Positions 14,160 to 54,409 are shown, counted from the stretch's first letter. The stretch: DNA of 64,000 bases from Chrysomallon squamiferum (GCA_012295275.1 CM022677.1:20708001-20772000), one strand, 5' to 3'. Translations and numbers: made by a program. Notes: generated by a model from the letters alone, not told the origin.

Positions 14160-14579
14160 CTAGAAATTAGTGATGATGATTATTTATAACAATACATCAT
14201 GTAACATACACATCTGACATACAGAGTACTTATCTATATATATTAGTATTTTTGTTGTTCTAGTAGCAGTAGTAGTAGTTGTTGTTCTGATTTCTTTTCT
14301 TTTTTTTTTTTTTTGTTACTTAATTAACTGTTGGTTTGCTGGTGAATTAGTTAATTACGATTAACCACCTAATTAACTGCACTTGAAACGCTTATATATG
14401 ATTTAAAGGTTACCTTCTGCCTTTTTAATTTATTACAGATGACTCAAACCAAATAAAATAACAATGGGTAAACTTGTTTTAATTTTTATGCAATTCATTC
14501 GTACAAATCAGCCGATGTAAAATGTCTTACCAGGTTTGGAAACATTGCCTACTATATCTCCTTCATTTGTTGTTATTGA

Positions 14580-14632
<53 letters not shown>

Positions 14633-15254
14633 TAAAATGAATTAAAATAAATAAGCAAATAAATTATAATAAACCTAATGATGATGATATTTTAATTCTG
14701 TTATTGCTGATGTTTTTATTAATAATAAAAAAAAACATGATTCAGAATGACCTATGGTTAAGTAGATAGGGAGAGAAGCACATATGCACAGTCAGATAAT
14801 ATTCATATACTGACAAATAGACAAAAAGAAAGGCAGAGAAATAGACATAGATAGATAGATAGATAGACAGATAGATAGACAGATAGATAGTTAGATAATG
14901 AGATACACATACAGACGGTCAGACAGACAGACAGGTAGATACATTATACGAAAAGAGAGGTAGATAGATGGACAGACAGCTAAAAGAACAGATGCGATCA
15001 TTACTTTGTCTAGGTCGAAGACAATATTTTGTATAACTTTTCTTCAGTAAAGTATCATATACATATACATTCGTATTGTACAGAAGTATATTTAAACATA
15101 TATATATATATATATATAGCGAACTTCAAATATACTATAGGAAAAGGGTTGTGGGTCGAGAACGTGCATCTGGTATTAGACAGATACTATGACTACATAT
15201 ATCTGTTTAAATACACTTCTGTACAATACGAGTAAGAAAAGTGAAAACACTTAC

Positions 15255-15437
15255 CAGGACAGTCCACGCCCGCATCACACAACATCAAATTATGTTTAAT
15301 TCTGGGACCACGACAATGTCGTTGTGCGTCACTTCCTGGACATTGTCGAAGCAGAGTTATAGTTTTGACACCGATTGAACAAGTAACACCACAAACCGAT
15401 GATGAACTTTGAACCCATGCGCCCCATTCAGGATCAC
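15255..15437 (-). CDS. A2 TSP1 exon (DPEWGAWVQSSSSVCGVTCSIG...)
   Basis: 183 nt, open in phase 1; paralog of 1332-1514. Confidence 0.88.
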
Positions 15438-15706
15438 CTAGATCATTATTATTATTATTATAAATATGTTTGAACGATTTAATTTATTAACTTACTTATT
15501 TACTTTGTTAGTTTAATTAGACATTAAGCTTTTTAGTTGTAATTAATCAGGTAAATATATATGTATCTTACAATATAAAAATATTATTATTATTACATAA
15601 AATATTACCACAGAGGGTTTGATTTCAGATTATGGATAGAAAAATACCTATTCTGATATGAAAACAATGAAATATATTTTCTAACATTAAAACGAAGGCA
15701 TCGTAC

Positions 15707-15895
15707 CAGGGCATGCGCCTTCAGTACAGGGCTCTATCGCATGTCTTGTTCTACGTCCAACACAGCCTTTTCCTCCGTTTTGTGGTCGAGGGCTCGTACA
15801 TGTTCGAAAACTGTCGTATTCTGTTTTACCATAACCACAAGTTTCAGAGCAGTCTGTGCTGTTCGTCATAAGCCATCCACTCCATCCACCATCCA
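15707..15895 (-). CDS. A2 TSP1 exon (DGGWSGWLMTNSTDCSETCGYG...)
   Basis: 189 nt, AG/GT borders, TSP1 motifs. Confidence 0.9.
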
Positions 15896-16833
15896 CTACA
15901 TAAAATTATTATATAGATATGAAACCGAAACAAAAAAGATGTATATGCTCATTTATTCCCACTTTTAAAATTTCGTTTTCTCTTGTTCTTTTTGCTTCCA
16001 CTTAAATGAAGAACATTTTAAAACTATGCAAAAGGATACCATCATTAACACATTTCTTTCGCTAGAAAAAAAAAAATAACAAAATAATTATACAATGATC
16101 ATAATCTTTGTTTATTACTTTGTTCATTTCTTCGGTTATTTCTGCAATCCCTTCTCTGTTTTGTATTACCTTACAGGGGCTTCTAATCATTGGCACCAGT
16201 GAGACAGATTGTTTTCTTCTTTAAATGTCTTTCTTTCCTCCCTTTTAGCCGCATATTAGAGCACATTTTAGTATCGTGTTTGTAGTGTCAGCTTGCATGT
16301 TCAGTTATTGATAAAACACTTTGATGTAGTTGGATTTGAAAACTGGGAAAGGATTTACATTGAAGTGATACATCCATTTTTTTTAATATTTTTTTTTATA
16401 TCCGATCAAATTAATGATTGAATAATGTGATGAATGAATAAAAGGACTAAATTATTAAAAGTTAATCGTCTTCTGAATTATAATTTTCAGCAACAGTTTG
16501 AATTTGCTGGTTTCTATTAACAGTGTACAAACATTTCATTTTAACTAATGTTAATATGATACACGTTTTTATTTCATGTAAATGTTACCTCTGTTGGATG
16601 CAGGGGATCTTGAAGTACCTGCATAAATAATTAAATAAATAAATAAACAAACAAATACAAAACAAACAAACAAATTAACTGAAATCTTTGACTTTTGTCT
16701 GATATACCTCATATCGTTACTTAATTATTTGTTTGTTTGTGTCTTTCTTTCTTTCATTATTTATTTATTTTACATACTTCCTTAATTATTTATTTAATCA
16801 TTTATTATTAAAATATTATTATTTATTCTTCTT

Positions 16834-16864
<31 letters not shown>

Positions 16865-17212
16865 TTATTATTATTATTATTATTACTATATTCATTATTA
16901 GTTTCTATTGATATTTACCGTTATATGGTCGTTTTATTTTCATTTGTTTTATTTAATTTAATTTATATTTTAATTCTAATTCTAATTTTAATTTAATTAA
17001 TTTATTTTGTTTTATTTTATTCTTATTTATGTATTATAAAATTCTTCAAAAATTACATTTATTCCACTTAGTAAATAGCTACGATACTCTATTAACTAAA
17101 TATGTTAACATCAAAGTGTAAACTGTACATACCAGTATTAGTAATGCTGGAAATCGCTGGTTCTTCATTCGTGATTAATTAATAAAAAAGTTGATTAACT
17201 GAAGTATCAAAC

Positions 17213-17252
<40 letters not shown>

Positions 17253-17278
17253 ACACATAGATAGATAGATATAGATAT

Positions 17279-17361
<83 letters not shown>

Positions 17362-17369
17362 TATATAGA

Positions 17370-17817
17370 TATAAAGATGCATAACCAAAGAATGAAAGAA
17401 GGAAACAAAAGAAAACAAACAACAGAAACAGCATCAACACAAAAACAAACACATAAACATGCAAGCAGCCAAAGATAAATTAAGAACAAAAATATTAATT
17501 AAAAAACAAATGGTGATAATTATGTCAGAGTAAAACATTCCATAACATATGAAATATTATTTAGGTCAATTTGCTCTTAAATATTTCTTTATTTCTTTAT
17601 TATTTATTTCTTTATTCGTAAGTTAGATATAATTTATTCAACTTAGTTAAAAACCTATGATACTCTGTTTATTAGATTTTTTAATATCAAAATGTAAACT
17701 GTACATACCAGGAGTAGTCGTATGGGAAGTTGTTGGTTCTTCATTTGTTTAGTTGTTCAATTTATGAATACAAAAATTTTAAAAAGAGATGAAAAGTTTT
17801 TAGTATTAGTATCAAAC

Positions 17818-17853
<36 letters not shown>

Positions 17854-17916
17854 TACACACAAAAACAAACACATAAGCAAGCAGCTAAAGATAAATATAT
17901 ATGGATATAGATACAA

Positions 17917-17972
<56 letters not shown>

Positions 17973-18380
17973 CATTAATTAACAAAAAAATTGGTGATAA
18001 TTATGTCAGAGTAAGAAAGTCCATGACTTGTTTTCCACTACAAATATTATTTAGGTTAATTTACTTTTACAAACAAAACCGGAAATAAAACAATTTTGAG
18101 TTGTAGAAATACTGAGAGTCCTAAGTTCCAAGCCGCTAAAAATCATCAAATATAACAAAAAGCAAGAAAGGCAAACAGATTTAAAGTGATTTTAATTTTA
18201 TCTTTTAAATTCTATTCATATGTTCTATATAGTCAGATACATTTCCTGTTTTCTGTTCTGGTTTTAGGGATTAATTTGCGTATTCCTTCTTCAGAATAGG
18301 AAATTGTGTTTTCTTCCTGTAATACTTTTGATGGTAATTATCAGTGAAACAAAATAACAACAAATTGACCAATATCAAAT

Positions 18381-18420
<40 letters not shown>

Positions 18421-18777
18421 CAACAACAATAGAAATAATGATGAAAATATAATGAATACATAAATAACAGTAGTTATTATATTTGTTTGTTTGTTGTTTT
18501 TTGTTTATTTATTTATTTACTTCTTTATTTACTTACTTAATGACTTACTTTCTTCCTTATTTGCTTATTTATAGTTTATTATAAAATTATCATTCGTTAT
18601 TATTATTGTTATTATTGTTGTTGTTATTGCTGTTCTTGTTGTGGTTTCTGTTTTTTTTTATTTAATCTTTAAATCAAGACCAGCACACTGCAAAACACAG
18701 ATTCAGAAAAACAGCTATAACATAAAACAGAATTAACTTAGAGAAAATTATTAAATTAACGTTATATCAGTTATTAC

Positions 18778-18850
<73 letters not shown>

Positions 18851-18945
18851 TTATTTTGTAAAAGTTGACTTTGGATGGAGTGGATGGCTATACTAATAAT
18901 ACAAAGAATAATACAATAATAATAATAATAGCAAAAATAATAATA

Positions 18946-19003
<58 letters not shown>

Positions 19004-19548
19004 GATATATGAAGATATAAAGATGCATAAACAAAGAATGAAACAAGGAAACAAAAGAAAACAAACAACAGAAGCAGCATCAACACAAAAACAAACACAG
19101 AAACAAGCAAGCGGTCAAAGAGAAATTAAAAACAAAAATATTAATTAGAAAACAAATGGTGATAATTATGTCAAAGTAAAAAAGTCCATAACATATAAAA
19201 TATTATTTAGGTCAATGTGCTCTTAAATGAAGGTACTAAGACAAACAACACTGAAAAGAAAACAATTGTGAGTGATAGAAATATTGAGAAACTTAAGTTC
19301 TAAGTGATGTATTTATTTCTTTATTTCTTTATTTTTTATTTCTTTATTCGTAAGTTAGATATAATTTATTCAACTTAGTAAAAAGCTATGATACTCTGTT
19401 TATTAGATTTTTTAATATCAAAGTGTAAACTGTACATACCAGGAGTAGTAGTATGGGAAGTTGTTGGTTCTTCATTTGTTTAGTTGTTGAATTTATGAAT
19501 AAAAAAATTAAAAAAAGAGATGAAAAGTTTTTAGTATTAGTATCAAAC

Positions 19549-19581
<33 letters not shown>

Positions 19582-20081
19582 TACACACAAAAACAAACAC
19601 ATAAGCAAGCAGCTAAAGATAAATATATATGGATATAGATACAAATATGTACATATATATATATATATATAACACATTAATTAACAAACAAATTGTGATA
19701 ATTATGTCAGAGTAAGAAAGTCCATGACTTATTTTCCACTACAAATATTATTTAGGTTAATTTTCTTTTACAAACAAAACCGGAAATAAAACAATTTTGA
19801 GTTGTAGAAATACTGAGAGTCCTAAGTTCCAAGCCGCTAAAAATCATCAAATATAACAAAAAGCAAGAAAGGCAAACAGATTTAAAGTGATTTTAATTTT
19901 ATCTTTTAAATTCTATTCATATGTTCTATATAGTGAGATACATTTCCTTTTTTCTGTTCTGGTTTTAGGGAATAATTTTCGTATTCCTTCTTCAGAATAG
20001 GAAATTGTGTGTTCTTCACGTAATACTTTTAATGGTAATTATCAGTGAAACAAAACAACAACAAATTGATCAATATCAAAT

Positions 20082-20142
<61 letters not shown>

Positions 20143-20507
20143 CAACAACAACAACAATAGAAATAATGATGAAAATATAATGAATACATAAATAACAGTA
20201 GATATTATATTTGTTTGTTTGTTGTTTTTTTGTATATTTATTTATTTACTTCTTTATTTACTTACTTAATGACTTGCTTTCTTCCTTATTTGCTTATTTA
20301 TTAGTTTATTATAAAATTATCGTTCGTTATTATTATTGTTATTATTGTTGTTGTTATTGCTGTTGTTGTTGTGGTTTCTGTTTTTTTTTATTTAATCTTT
20401 AAATCAAGACCAGCACACTGCAAAACACAGATTCAGAAAAACAGCTATAACATAAAACAGAATTAACTTAGAGAAAATTATTAAATTAACGTTATATCAG
20501 TTATTAC

Positions 20508-20543
<36 letters not shown>

Positions 20544-20551
20544 GGATTATG

Positions 20552-20597
<46 letters not shown>

Positions 20598-20691
20598 TTT
20601 GTAAAAGTTGACTTTGGATGGAGTGGATGGCTATACTAATAATACAAAGAATAATACAATAATAATAATAATAGCAAAAATAATAATAATC

Positions 20692-20737
<46 letters not shown>

Positions 20738-21280
20738 GATATATGAAGATATAAAGATGCATAAACAAAGAATGAAACAAGGAAACAAAAGAAAACAAAC
20801 AACAGAAGCAGCATCAACACAACACCAAACACAGAAACAAGCAAGCAGCCAAAGAAAAATTAAAAACAAAAAAAATTCATTAATTAGAAAAACAATTGGT
20901 GATAATTATGTCAAAGTAAAAAAGTCCATAACATATAAAATATTATTTAGGTCAATTTGCTCTTAAATGAAGGTACTAAGACAAACAAAACTGAAAAGAA
21001 AACAATTGTGAGTGATAGAAATATTGAGAAACTTAAGTTCTAAGTGATGTATTTATTTCTTTATTTTTTATTTCTTTATTCGTAAGTTAGATATAATTTA
21101 TTCAACTTAGTAAAAAGCTATGATACTCTGTTTATTAGATTTTTTAATATCAAAGTGTAAACTGTACATACCAGGAGTAGTAGTATGGGAAGTTGTTGGT
21201 TCTTCATTTGTTTAGTTGTTCAATTTATGAATAAAAAAATTAAAAAAAGAGATGAAAAGTTTTTAGTATTAGTATCAAAC

Positions 21281-21316
<36 letters not shown>

Positions 21317-22000
21317 TACACACAAAAACAAACACATAAGCAAGCAGCTAAAGATAAATATATATGGATATAGATACAAATATGTGTATATATATATATA
21401 TCACATTAATTAACAAACAAATTGTGATAATTATGTCAGAGTAAGAAAGTCCATGACTTATTTTCCACTACAAGTATTATTTAGGTTAATTTACTTTTAC
21501 AAACAAAACCGGAAATAAAACAATTCTGAGTTGTAGAAATACTGAGAGTCCTAAGTTCTAAGCCGCTAAAAATCATCAAATATAACAAAAAGCAAGAAAG
21601 GGAAACAGATTTAAAGTGATTTTAATTTTATCTTTTAAATTCTATTCATATGTTCTATATAATGGGATACATTTCCTTTTTTCTGTTCTGGTTTTAGGGA
21701 TTAATTTTCGTATTCCTTCTTCAGAATAGGAAATTTTGTTTTCTTCATGTAGTAGTTTTGATGGTAATTATCAGTGAAAGAAAACAACAACAAATTGATG
21801 AATATCAAATGTAATAATAATAATACTACTAATAATAATAATAATAATAATAATAAAAACATACAACAGAAAGAATGATGAAAATATAATGAATACATAA
21901 ATAACAGAAGATATTATGATTATTATTATTATTATATTTTGTAAAAGTTGACTTTGGATGGAGTGGATGGCTATACTAATAATACTAAGAACAATACAAT
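17370..22000. repeat. ~1.73-kb tandem repeat (~2.7-3 units) in an A2 intron, each unit carrying the EPTTSHTTTP micro-exon
   Basis: Near-identical micro-exon landmarks at 17709, 19440 and 21172 (spacing 1731/1732); single copy in A1. Confidence 0.9.
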
Positions 22001-22005
22001 AATAA

Positions 22006-22036
<31 letters not shown>

Positions 22037-22205
22037 AAGAAGAAGAAGAAGAAGAAAAAGAAGAAGACGAAGAAGAAGAAGAAGAACGTAACAATACAGG
22101 TTAAGTAGACAAAATTATAATGTATAGCAATAGTTTAGAAAACTGCAGTTTTAAATGAAAATTCAGTACTTTTAGTTTTTAGTCACGACTGAACAGTTGA
22201 GTTAC

Positions 22206-22367
22206 CCTTGTAACAAGAATCCCAACATCTCATATATCTGGTTTCTCTTTGTAAGCCCAAACATGTTCCATTTTTCAGACATCTTCGTGTATACCTTACT
22301 GTCTGAAAACACTTACTGTCACACGCACCAAATTCGGACCGTTGCCATAACGACCAAACTCCAGTAG
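22206..22367 (-). CDS. A2 TSP1-like exon 1
   Basis: 162 nt; near-identical to 5059-5220. Confidence 0.85.
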
Positions 22368-22837
22368 CTAGGAAAGAAAAAAAAGAAAGGAAAGACAAAA
22401 TCATATATATATATAGATGGTGTGATATTTGTTATTACTGTATTTAGATTTGCATAGTGATCAATACTGACGTCAGTGTATGCTAAATACTACAGATATC
22501 AGATATAAATTCGGACACATGGATGCATGGATGGATCGATGGTTGAACAGAGATACATAATATTCGTAACTGTCATGTTAATTGTGATTATGTTTATGTT
22601 AATTGTGTTTATGATTCAGCTGATGAACATACAAATGAAAATAAAGTATAATAATGGTAGTTGTTGCAGAAGCGTCAGACGTAGTAATAGCAGTGGTAGT
22701 AACAGTAGTAGTAATAGTAATAGCAGTAGCAGGAGTTGTACTAGCAGTAATTGTTGTCATAGTAACAGTAGTATCAGTATCAATAGTATTAGTTGTTGTT
22801 GTAACTAACACATTGTCGAAAATTACGGACTACTCAC

Positions 22838-24276
22838 TATCACACTTATGTTTGTTTTGTAGATATGATTTCGACCGTTCTTGCATAAGAAAAACTTTCT
22901 CTAGCCCATCCATGCAATATCCATACAGATTTTCTGTAGGTAAATCAATAATTATTTTATACAGACTACAGTTGCAAACAAGGTCTGTGCCCATCACGTT
23001 AATGTCACGAAATTTGTCTCTTTCATACTGAAGAACGAAGTCCAAATCTACCAGTTTAGTATTCTTAATCCCAATAGAAAGATGAAAACCAAATTTTTTG
23101 AACAAGTTCCCATCAACTGTAGTCAGTGGATTTTCAGACAAGTCCAGATCTGTTATGGGATATCCTCGAAAAGAGTTTGCTAGTACAGCTTTTATTTTGT
23201 TGTTTTCCAAGTTAATTTTTCTAAGATTTGGTAAATCGTGTAAAATCTGTGTCGGGATTACAATTAAATTTCTCCTATTTAGTGATAATGTTTTCAAACA
23301 GTTTCCTTGTCCACTGAAAATTGTTGCTGACAATGGCAACTTTGTTCCACTGACATCAAGTTCTTCAAGACACATTTCTCCTACAAGAGACTTTCTGGTA
23401 AAAGATGTAAGCGGATTGTCTGCAAGATCGAGTTTTTTTAGTTTAGTGAAATCACGAATACAAGCTGGTACATCATCCAGTGTGCAGTTTCGCAACACAA
23501 GCACTTTCAAGACCATCCTCAATTCGCTCAAACAGTTTGGTTGAAAAGTTAAATGTTGATTGTCACTTAGTATCAAAGTTTCTAATTTACGAAGTCCTCT
23601 CAAGTCTTCGTTTCGAATAATATTGATCTTGTTGTTTCCCAGGTTCACATAAGTAAGACCTACGGTGTAATTCAAAGCTGATCTCACACTTTGTATCTTA
23701 TTAGAGTTCAGATTTATAATTCGAAGTGACTCTAAGTCGTAGAAAGTATGTTCTTGTATGTGTGTCAGGTTGCACTTTTCTAGCTGTATGTTGGTCAGAG
23801 AGACGAGATTTAGGTCAATGAAACAGGCCTGGTGCAGAACCCCGTCCGCTTGCTGGTTCCCACTCAGTAGAAGCTTATTCAGCTTCGTAAGTCCTTTCAG
23901 AAATGTCATCTTGTTTCGAAAAGATATCCCAGCATTTTCAACACTCAGATATCCTAATGAATCTGCTAATCTAATCAAAGCCTCCCTTCCTAAAGACGGG
24001 CTACTTTTAGGACATAATTCGAAGAATACTTATTGTTGAATTGAATGGGAAATCTGATTTTGATAAAGTCCTAGAAGGATGGAGGTGTATATCAAGTCGA
24101 ATAGGCAGTCTCTGTTGTGTCAGAATAAACAGATCAGGAAAGAAATTTGGTGATTCTGGACAAAATACTTCATAAATAAAAGAAGAGCCGGAACAACGAC
24201 ATTGTGAAGGACACTGAGCACGTACTCGGAGATAGATGAAGTGTGTGTATATTAATATCAAAATTATTATTTTCAT
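22838..24276 (-). CDS. A2 LRR exon, split into ORFs 24007-24294 and 22830-23978 by a frameshift
   Basis: Both ORFs align collinearly with the A1 LRR protein, with the same signal peptide, caps and GTGAGT donor. Confidence 0.88.
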
Positions 24277-24329
24277 TCTGTTCTTAAAATTCAATTTAAT
24301 CCGAATTCACACTGTTTTGAGCACCTAGA

Positions 24330-27034
<2,705 letters not shown>

Positions 27035-27070
27035 ATTTTTAAGATTTTAGTTTTATCTCTCTCTCATGGC

Positions 27071-49661
<22,591 letters not shown>

Positions 49662-51729
49662 ATTTTACTTTGTCTCTTCATGTGACCATTTGTAATGTAA
49701 GGTACATTAAGCCAGAGAAATTTATTTTACATTGTCATTTCATGCGTCCATTTATTATGTAAGGTACATAAAGTCAGAGAGAACATGTTTCTGCTTGTGA
49801 TTACTTGTTACGTGAGATAGATAAAGTCAAAGGGAACATTTTGCTAAGTTTGTGGAAGGGATGATTTGTCAGAAAGTCTGAGAGCTAATTTTAGCTACAA
49901 AATATACAAGGTGTTGTGGTCATTCACACACTGTATTTATTGTTTCTGTTCAAAATGTTATAAACCAATTGATCTGCATTTTGCATTAGAATTTACTATT
50001 ATTATTTTTAATCAGCTATGATTATTATTATTAATATTTTTGTTGTTGTTGTTGCTCTTCTTCTTCTTCTTCTTATTATTATTATTATCATTATCGTTAT
50101 CGTTATTATACTTATTACCACTGCTGTGGTTCTCATAAGGGTTATAAATCAGAGGTTCTCAAACATTTGTTTTTATTTTCATTCGGTTGATGTGTAACTG
50201 TGTCTCAAAGTCATGAGACAGCACCATGAGTTAATATATTAGAGAAATACACACCTTGTTTAACTGATAACTCGTAAGTCAAAACAGTTTTTTTTTTTTT
50301 TTTTTTACTGTGGTTTTTCTTTTTTTTTTTTCTTTTTTTTCTTCACGTATTTCGGCAATGGCTCAATGTCACAGTAATTCAGTGACAGAACAGATTTCAC
50401 GTGCAGTAGGCTGCGATTCAGTGATTCCTCATTTTACGTCCAGTGTAGGACATCTTGTTATTTATTTTAAGCAGCTTTCCAGTGCAGAGTTCTAACCAAA
50501 TAAATCCAGATATCAGATAACGTCATCAAATTTATCAGATACCGTCATCATGTTTTTTTTTTGTTTTTTTTTTTTTACGACTCAAGTCTTATTTAGATAT
50601 AGTGCACTGTGGTGGCTCATTTTCTTAGGAGCTGTTCGTTTTGTTTTTCGTTTTTTTTGTTGTTGTTATTGTTGTTGTTTTTTTCCTCTGTTGTTACGTT
50701 TGTCCTTTTCGAGCTACTTCTTTGAAAAAGAAAGAAATCGTGCAACGATTTTAATGGAACAAACGAATGATATATCCGGGTAGGTATCTGCTAGCAGACA
50801 ATAAAAAAAACAAAAAAATAATTAAATAAAAAAAAAAAAAAAAAATAAAAAAATAAAAAATATAAAAAATATAAAAAATTAAAAATTAAAAAATAAAAGC
50901 AGAATGCAATGGTTAAAGATTGACAGCCGATTGCAGATTGGTGAACGGCGCATGTTCAGTTGTGTCTGAGAACCCACGTGACCTACAGTTGTTAGCGTGT
51001 AAGTTGTTAGCGTGCTATGTTTATCATTTTTAAGTTGCTTACCTCCTCGGGATTGCTTGTGTAGCACAGTCTGAAAACCTCTTTTGTAAATAATACTGTT
51101 ATCATTCTGCAATTTTGTTAGCAAATAAAACGGTTATATACATTTCGTGAGTTTTGTATTCTGTTCATGACAGAATTAACATTAGACATGCACTAACAAA
51201 AACTAATCCATACGCTTAAATACATACGCATACACACACATACAAACGTACATCCGTAAACACATGCATACAAATTAAAACACATATTACACATACACAT
51301 ACAGAATAACAAACGCCTACACGTACACATTTGGACATGCACATATATACATGCACGCAATATATATGTTTTATATACACTGACACACACACACACATAC
51401 ACAGACACACACACACACACACACACACATAAAATATACCCAAAGCGACAGATATAAAATACCTTTGGTAACGTAATGAACACAAAGGTGCTTGTGTGTG
51501 TGTATGTGTGTGTCCGTCTGTGTGTCTCATCCTAAACTGATTTTGATCCTGAAGTAGTTTTGTAACTTATATAAATACACAGATACGATTAAACATATCC
51601 ATAAACAGTTATGTACAAAATATACGTATATGAAAGGAGTATGCATGTCTCTAAGTGTGTTAACATAAGTACTATAATACACTATCAGTAAGAACGACCA
51701 ACAGAAATACGGAAAGAATGTATAATGAC

Positions 51730-52014
51730 CTTTCCTAAATACGGGCTACTTTTTGACTTGATTCGAAGAATATTTATTATGGAATTGAATGGGAAATCTG
51801 ATTTTGATAAAGTCTTGGAAGGACTGAGTTGTATATCAAATCGAATAGGTAGACTCTGTTGTTTCAGCACGGACAGATCGGCAAAGAAATTTGGTGATTC
51901 TGGACAAACGACTTCATAAATAAGAGAAGAGCTGTAACAACCACACAGTGAAGGACACTGAACTCGAACTCCAAGACAGATGAAGTATATGAAGACCAAA
52001 ATAATAATTTCCAT
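51730..52014 (-). pseudogene. A3 remnant: signal peptide + LRRNT only
   Basis: ORF 51685-52014 (MEIIILVFIYFICLGVRVQCPSLCGC...KSKSSPYLGK) aligns with the first ~95 aa of A1, then homology stops. Upstream A-type flank is partly retained. Confidence 0.85.
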
Positions 52015-52131
52015 TATGTTCTCAAAATTTCAATTATTCCGAATTCACATTGGTTTGACCACTTGGAAAAAAAGCAAATAAATTAATAAATAATAAAATA
52101 AATGGAAACAGAGAGAGAGAGAGAGAGGGAG

Positions 52132-52242
<111 letters not shown>

Positions 52243-52473
52243 CGTCAATATTCGCCGTTCCTTCCTACTAAATTAGATATAATCATTAACAAAAAAAATA
52301 AAAAATAAAAAAATAAAAAAAATAAATAAATAAATAAAATAAAATAAAATACAAAGAAAGAACGAAAAGAAGATTGACCTACTGTCGAGTTTTCTGTTAA
52401 AAATGATATAAAATAGAGGCGTTGTATGGGCTTCAAATATTTATTTTATTTTGAAAATAATTAAATAATAATA

Positions 52474-52574
<101 letters not shown>

Positions 52575-52753
52575 GCTATGTGTCTTTCTATGCATTTCTC
52601 TTTTCCTCTATCTGTATTTCTTAGTATGTATGCGCCTATCCATCGAACTGTTTATCTATGCATTTCTCTTTCTCTGTCTTTATCTGTAGTTCTATGTATG
52701 TATGAATCTATCTAACGAACTGTTCTATCGAATCTCTCTATGTATCTCTGTCT

Positions 52754-52785
<32 letters not shown>

Positions 52786-53688
52786 ATCTATCTATCTGTC
52801 TATCTATCTACATAGCACAAGCAAATGTCATACAGTCTGTCTATACATCGATATACAGATATGCTTAAACGTTTTGTAGGTATAATAAAGTCATTAAAAA
52901 TATAAATAAATAAAATATGAAAAAAAGAAAGAAAAAAGAAAGAAGGAAAGAAGAAATAAAGAAAAATGACAAACACCATTTTAAAAACTAAATATAAATT
53001 TCAGACTCAGACTTTTAGTAGCTTTGATGGTAAATCTAGATTCTTGTGAACTTTCTGTTAATCATTTTAATATTATTTTAATATTATATAATAACAGTAG
53101 TAATAAAACCAAAAAAAAAAAAAAATTAAAAATAATGAACAATAAAAACTAAATCATTTAAGAATTAAAAACAGAAAAGATAATAAATAAAACAAAATAA
53201 AGTAAATATAAAATAAAGAAACAAACAAAGAAAGATATACAAAGAAAAATAAGCGATTATGATACTACTACTACTAGTAATAATAATAATAAAAATAATA
53301 ATAATAATAATAGAAATAATAATGATAATAATAATAATAATAAAGCGTCGCATTTACGTAATGATTCCTGAATGACGTAAGAATGACGAAACGATTCAAA
53401 CCGTTGTTTCCGGTAAGCAGTATTAATAATAAATTTAAAATGTCTACATTACAGAAACTTGTAAGTTTTTATCTCTTTATTATCATCAAACCGTGTTTAT
53501 TAAGTTTCTTATTATTTTTTAATTTTCATAATAATATTACTATTTTTCATTTGATCTGTGTTTTTATTCCGAAGTTTCAGTGAGTGAGAGAAATTAAGAA
53601 TATTTGCCGTGTCACAAGCTTTCGACACTCTCCCACTTTTGAAAGGACGATGATACACCATACAAAGGTACAGTAATTTCAATCGTTA

Positions 53689-53722
<34 letters not shown>

Positions 53723-53790
53723 TTCCTATATAAATTATTTAAATAATACTACAAGTACTACTACTACTACTACTCCTGCTGCTACTTCTA

Positions 53791-53848
<58 letters not shown>

Positions 53849-54409
53849 TGATAAGAAGAAGAATTAAAAAATTGTCCTGCGTCGAAGATTTCTTGTATGG
53901 TTTGTTATTTCTTTAGCAGAGGTAAGATACCATTTGCATATTTAAAAACCGGTATTATTTAACCCAAGATTATTTAACGGGTTTTTTTCCAAATAAATAG
54001 TATATTTAAAACGTTAGTATCTCCGCGTGCAGTAGATTACTGACATGGTTTGAAATACTGCGGAGGATGACATTGTGGGTCTCGATTTTTTATTATTTCT
54101 TTTCTTATTTTTCTTCTTATTATTTGTTTTCTTTTAAATAAGTATGTGAATTTGCTGTATCATCCATCAACGTTTATAATGTTTAAATCATTTTTTCTTC
54201 TTTACAGTGCATTTTAAAATATAGAAAATCATAAACACTATGATCATCATAATCATTATCATCTTATCATCATTATTATTAATATTATAATTATTATTAT
54301 TTGTATTACTACTACAACTCCTCTGATATCATCAACTTCGTTTTTCATTAATCTTCGTGCTTTCTTTTTGCAGAATGTTGAGAGTTTAGCTTTATCTTTC
54401 TCACATGGC

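Larger units (their letters stand above)
12228..24276 (-). pseudogene. Gene A2: complete LRR-4xTSP1-TM-tail gene with a +1 frameshift in the LRR exon (pseudogene or sequence error)
   Basis: Exons: LRR 24276-22838 (1439 nt vs 1438 in A1; extra base at ~24009 gives TAA after ...LRIMS); TSP1 22367-22206; micro-exons 21201-21172, 19469-19440, 17738-17709, 17162-17133, 16618-16589; TSP1 15895-15707, 15437-15255; micro 14548-14531; TSP1 14159-13968; 13265-13224; TM 12865-12787; tail 12330-12228. Confidence 0.82.
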
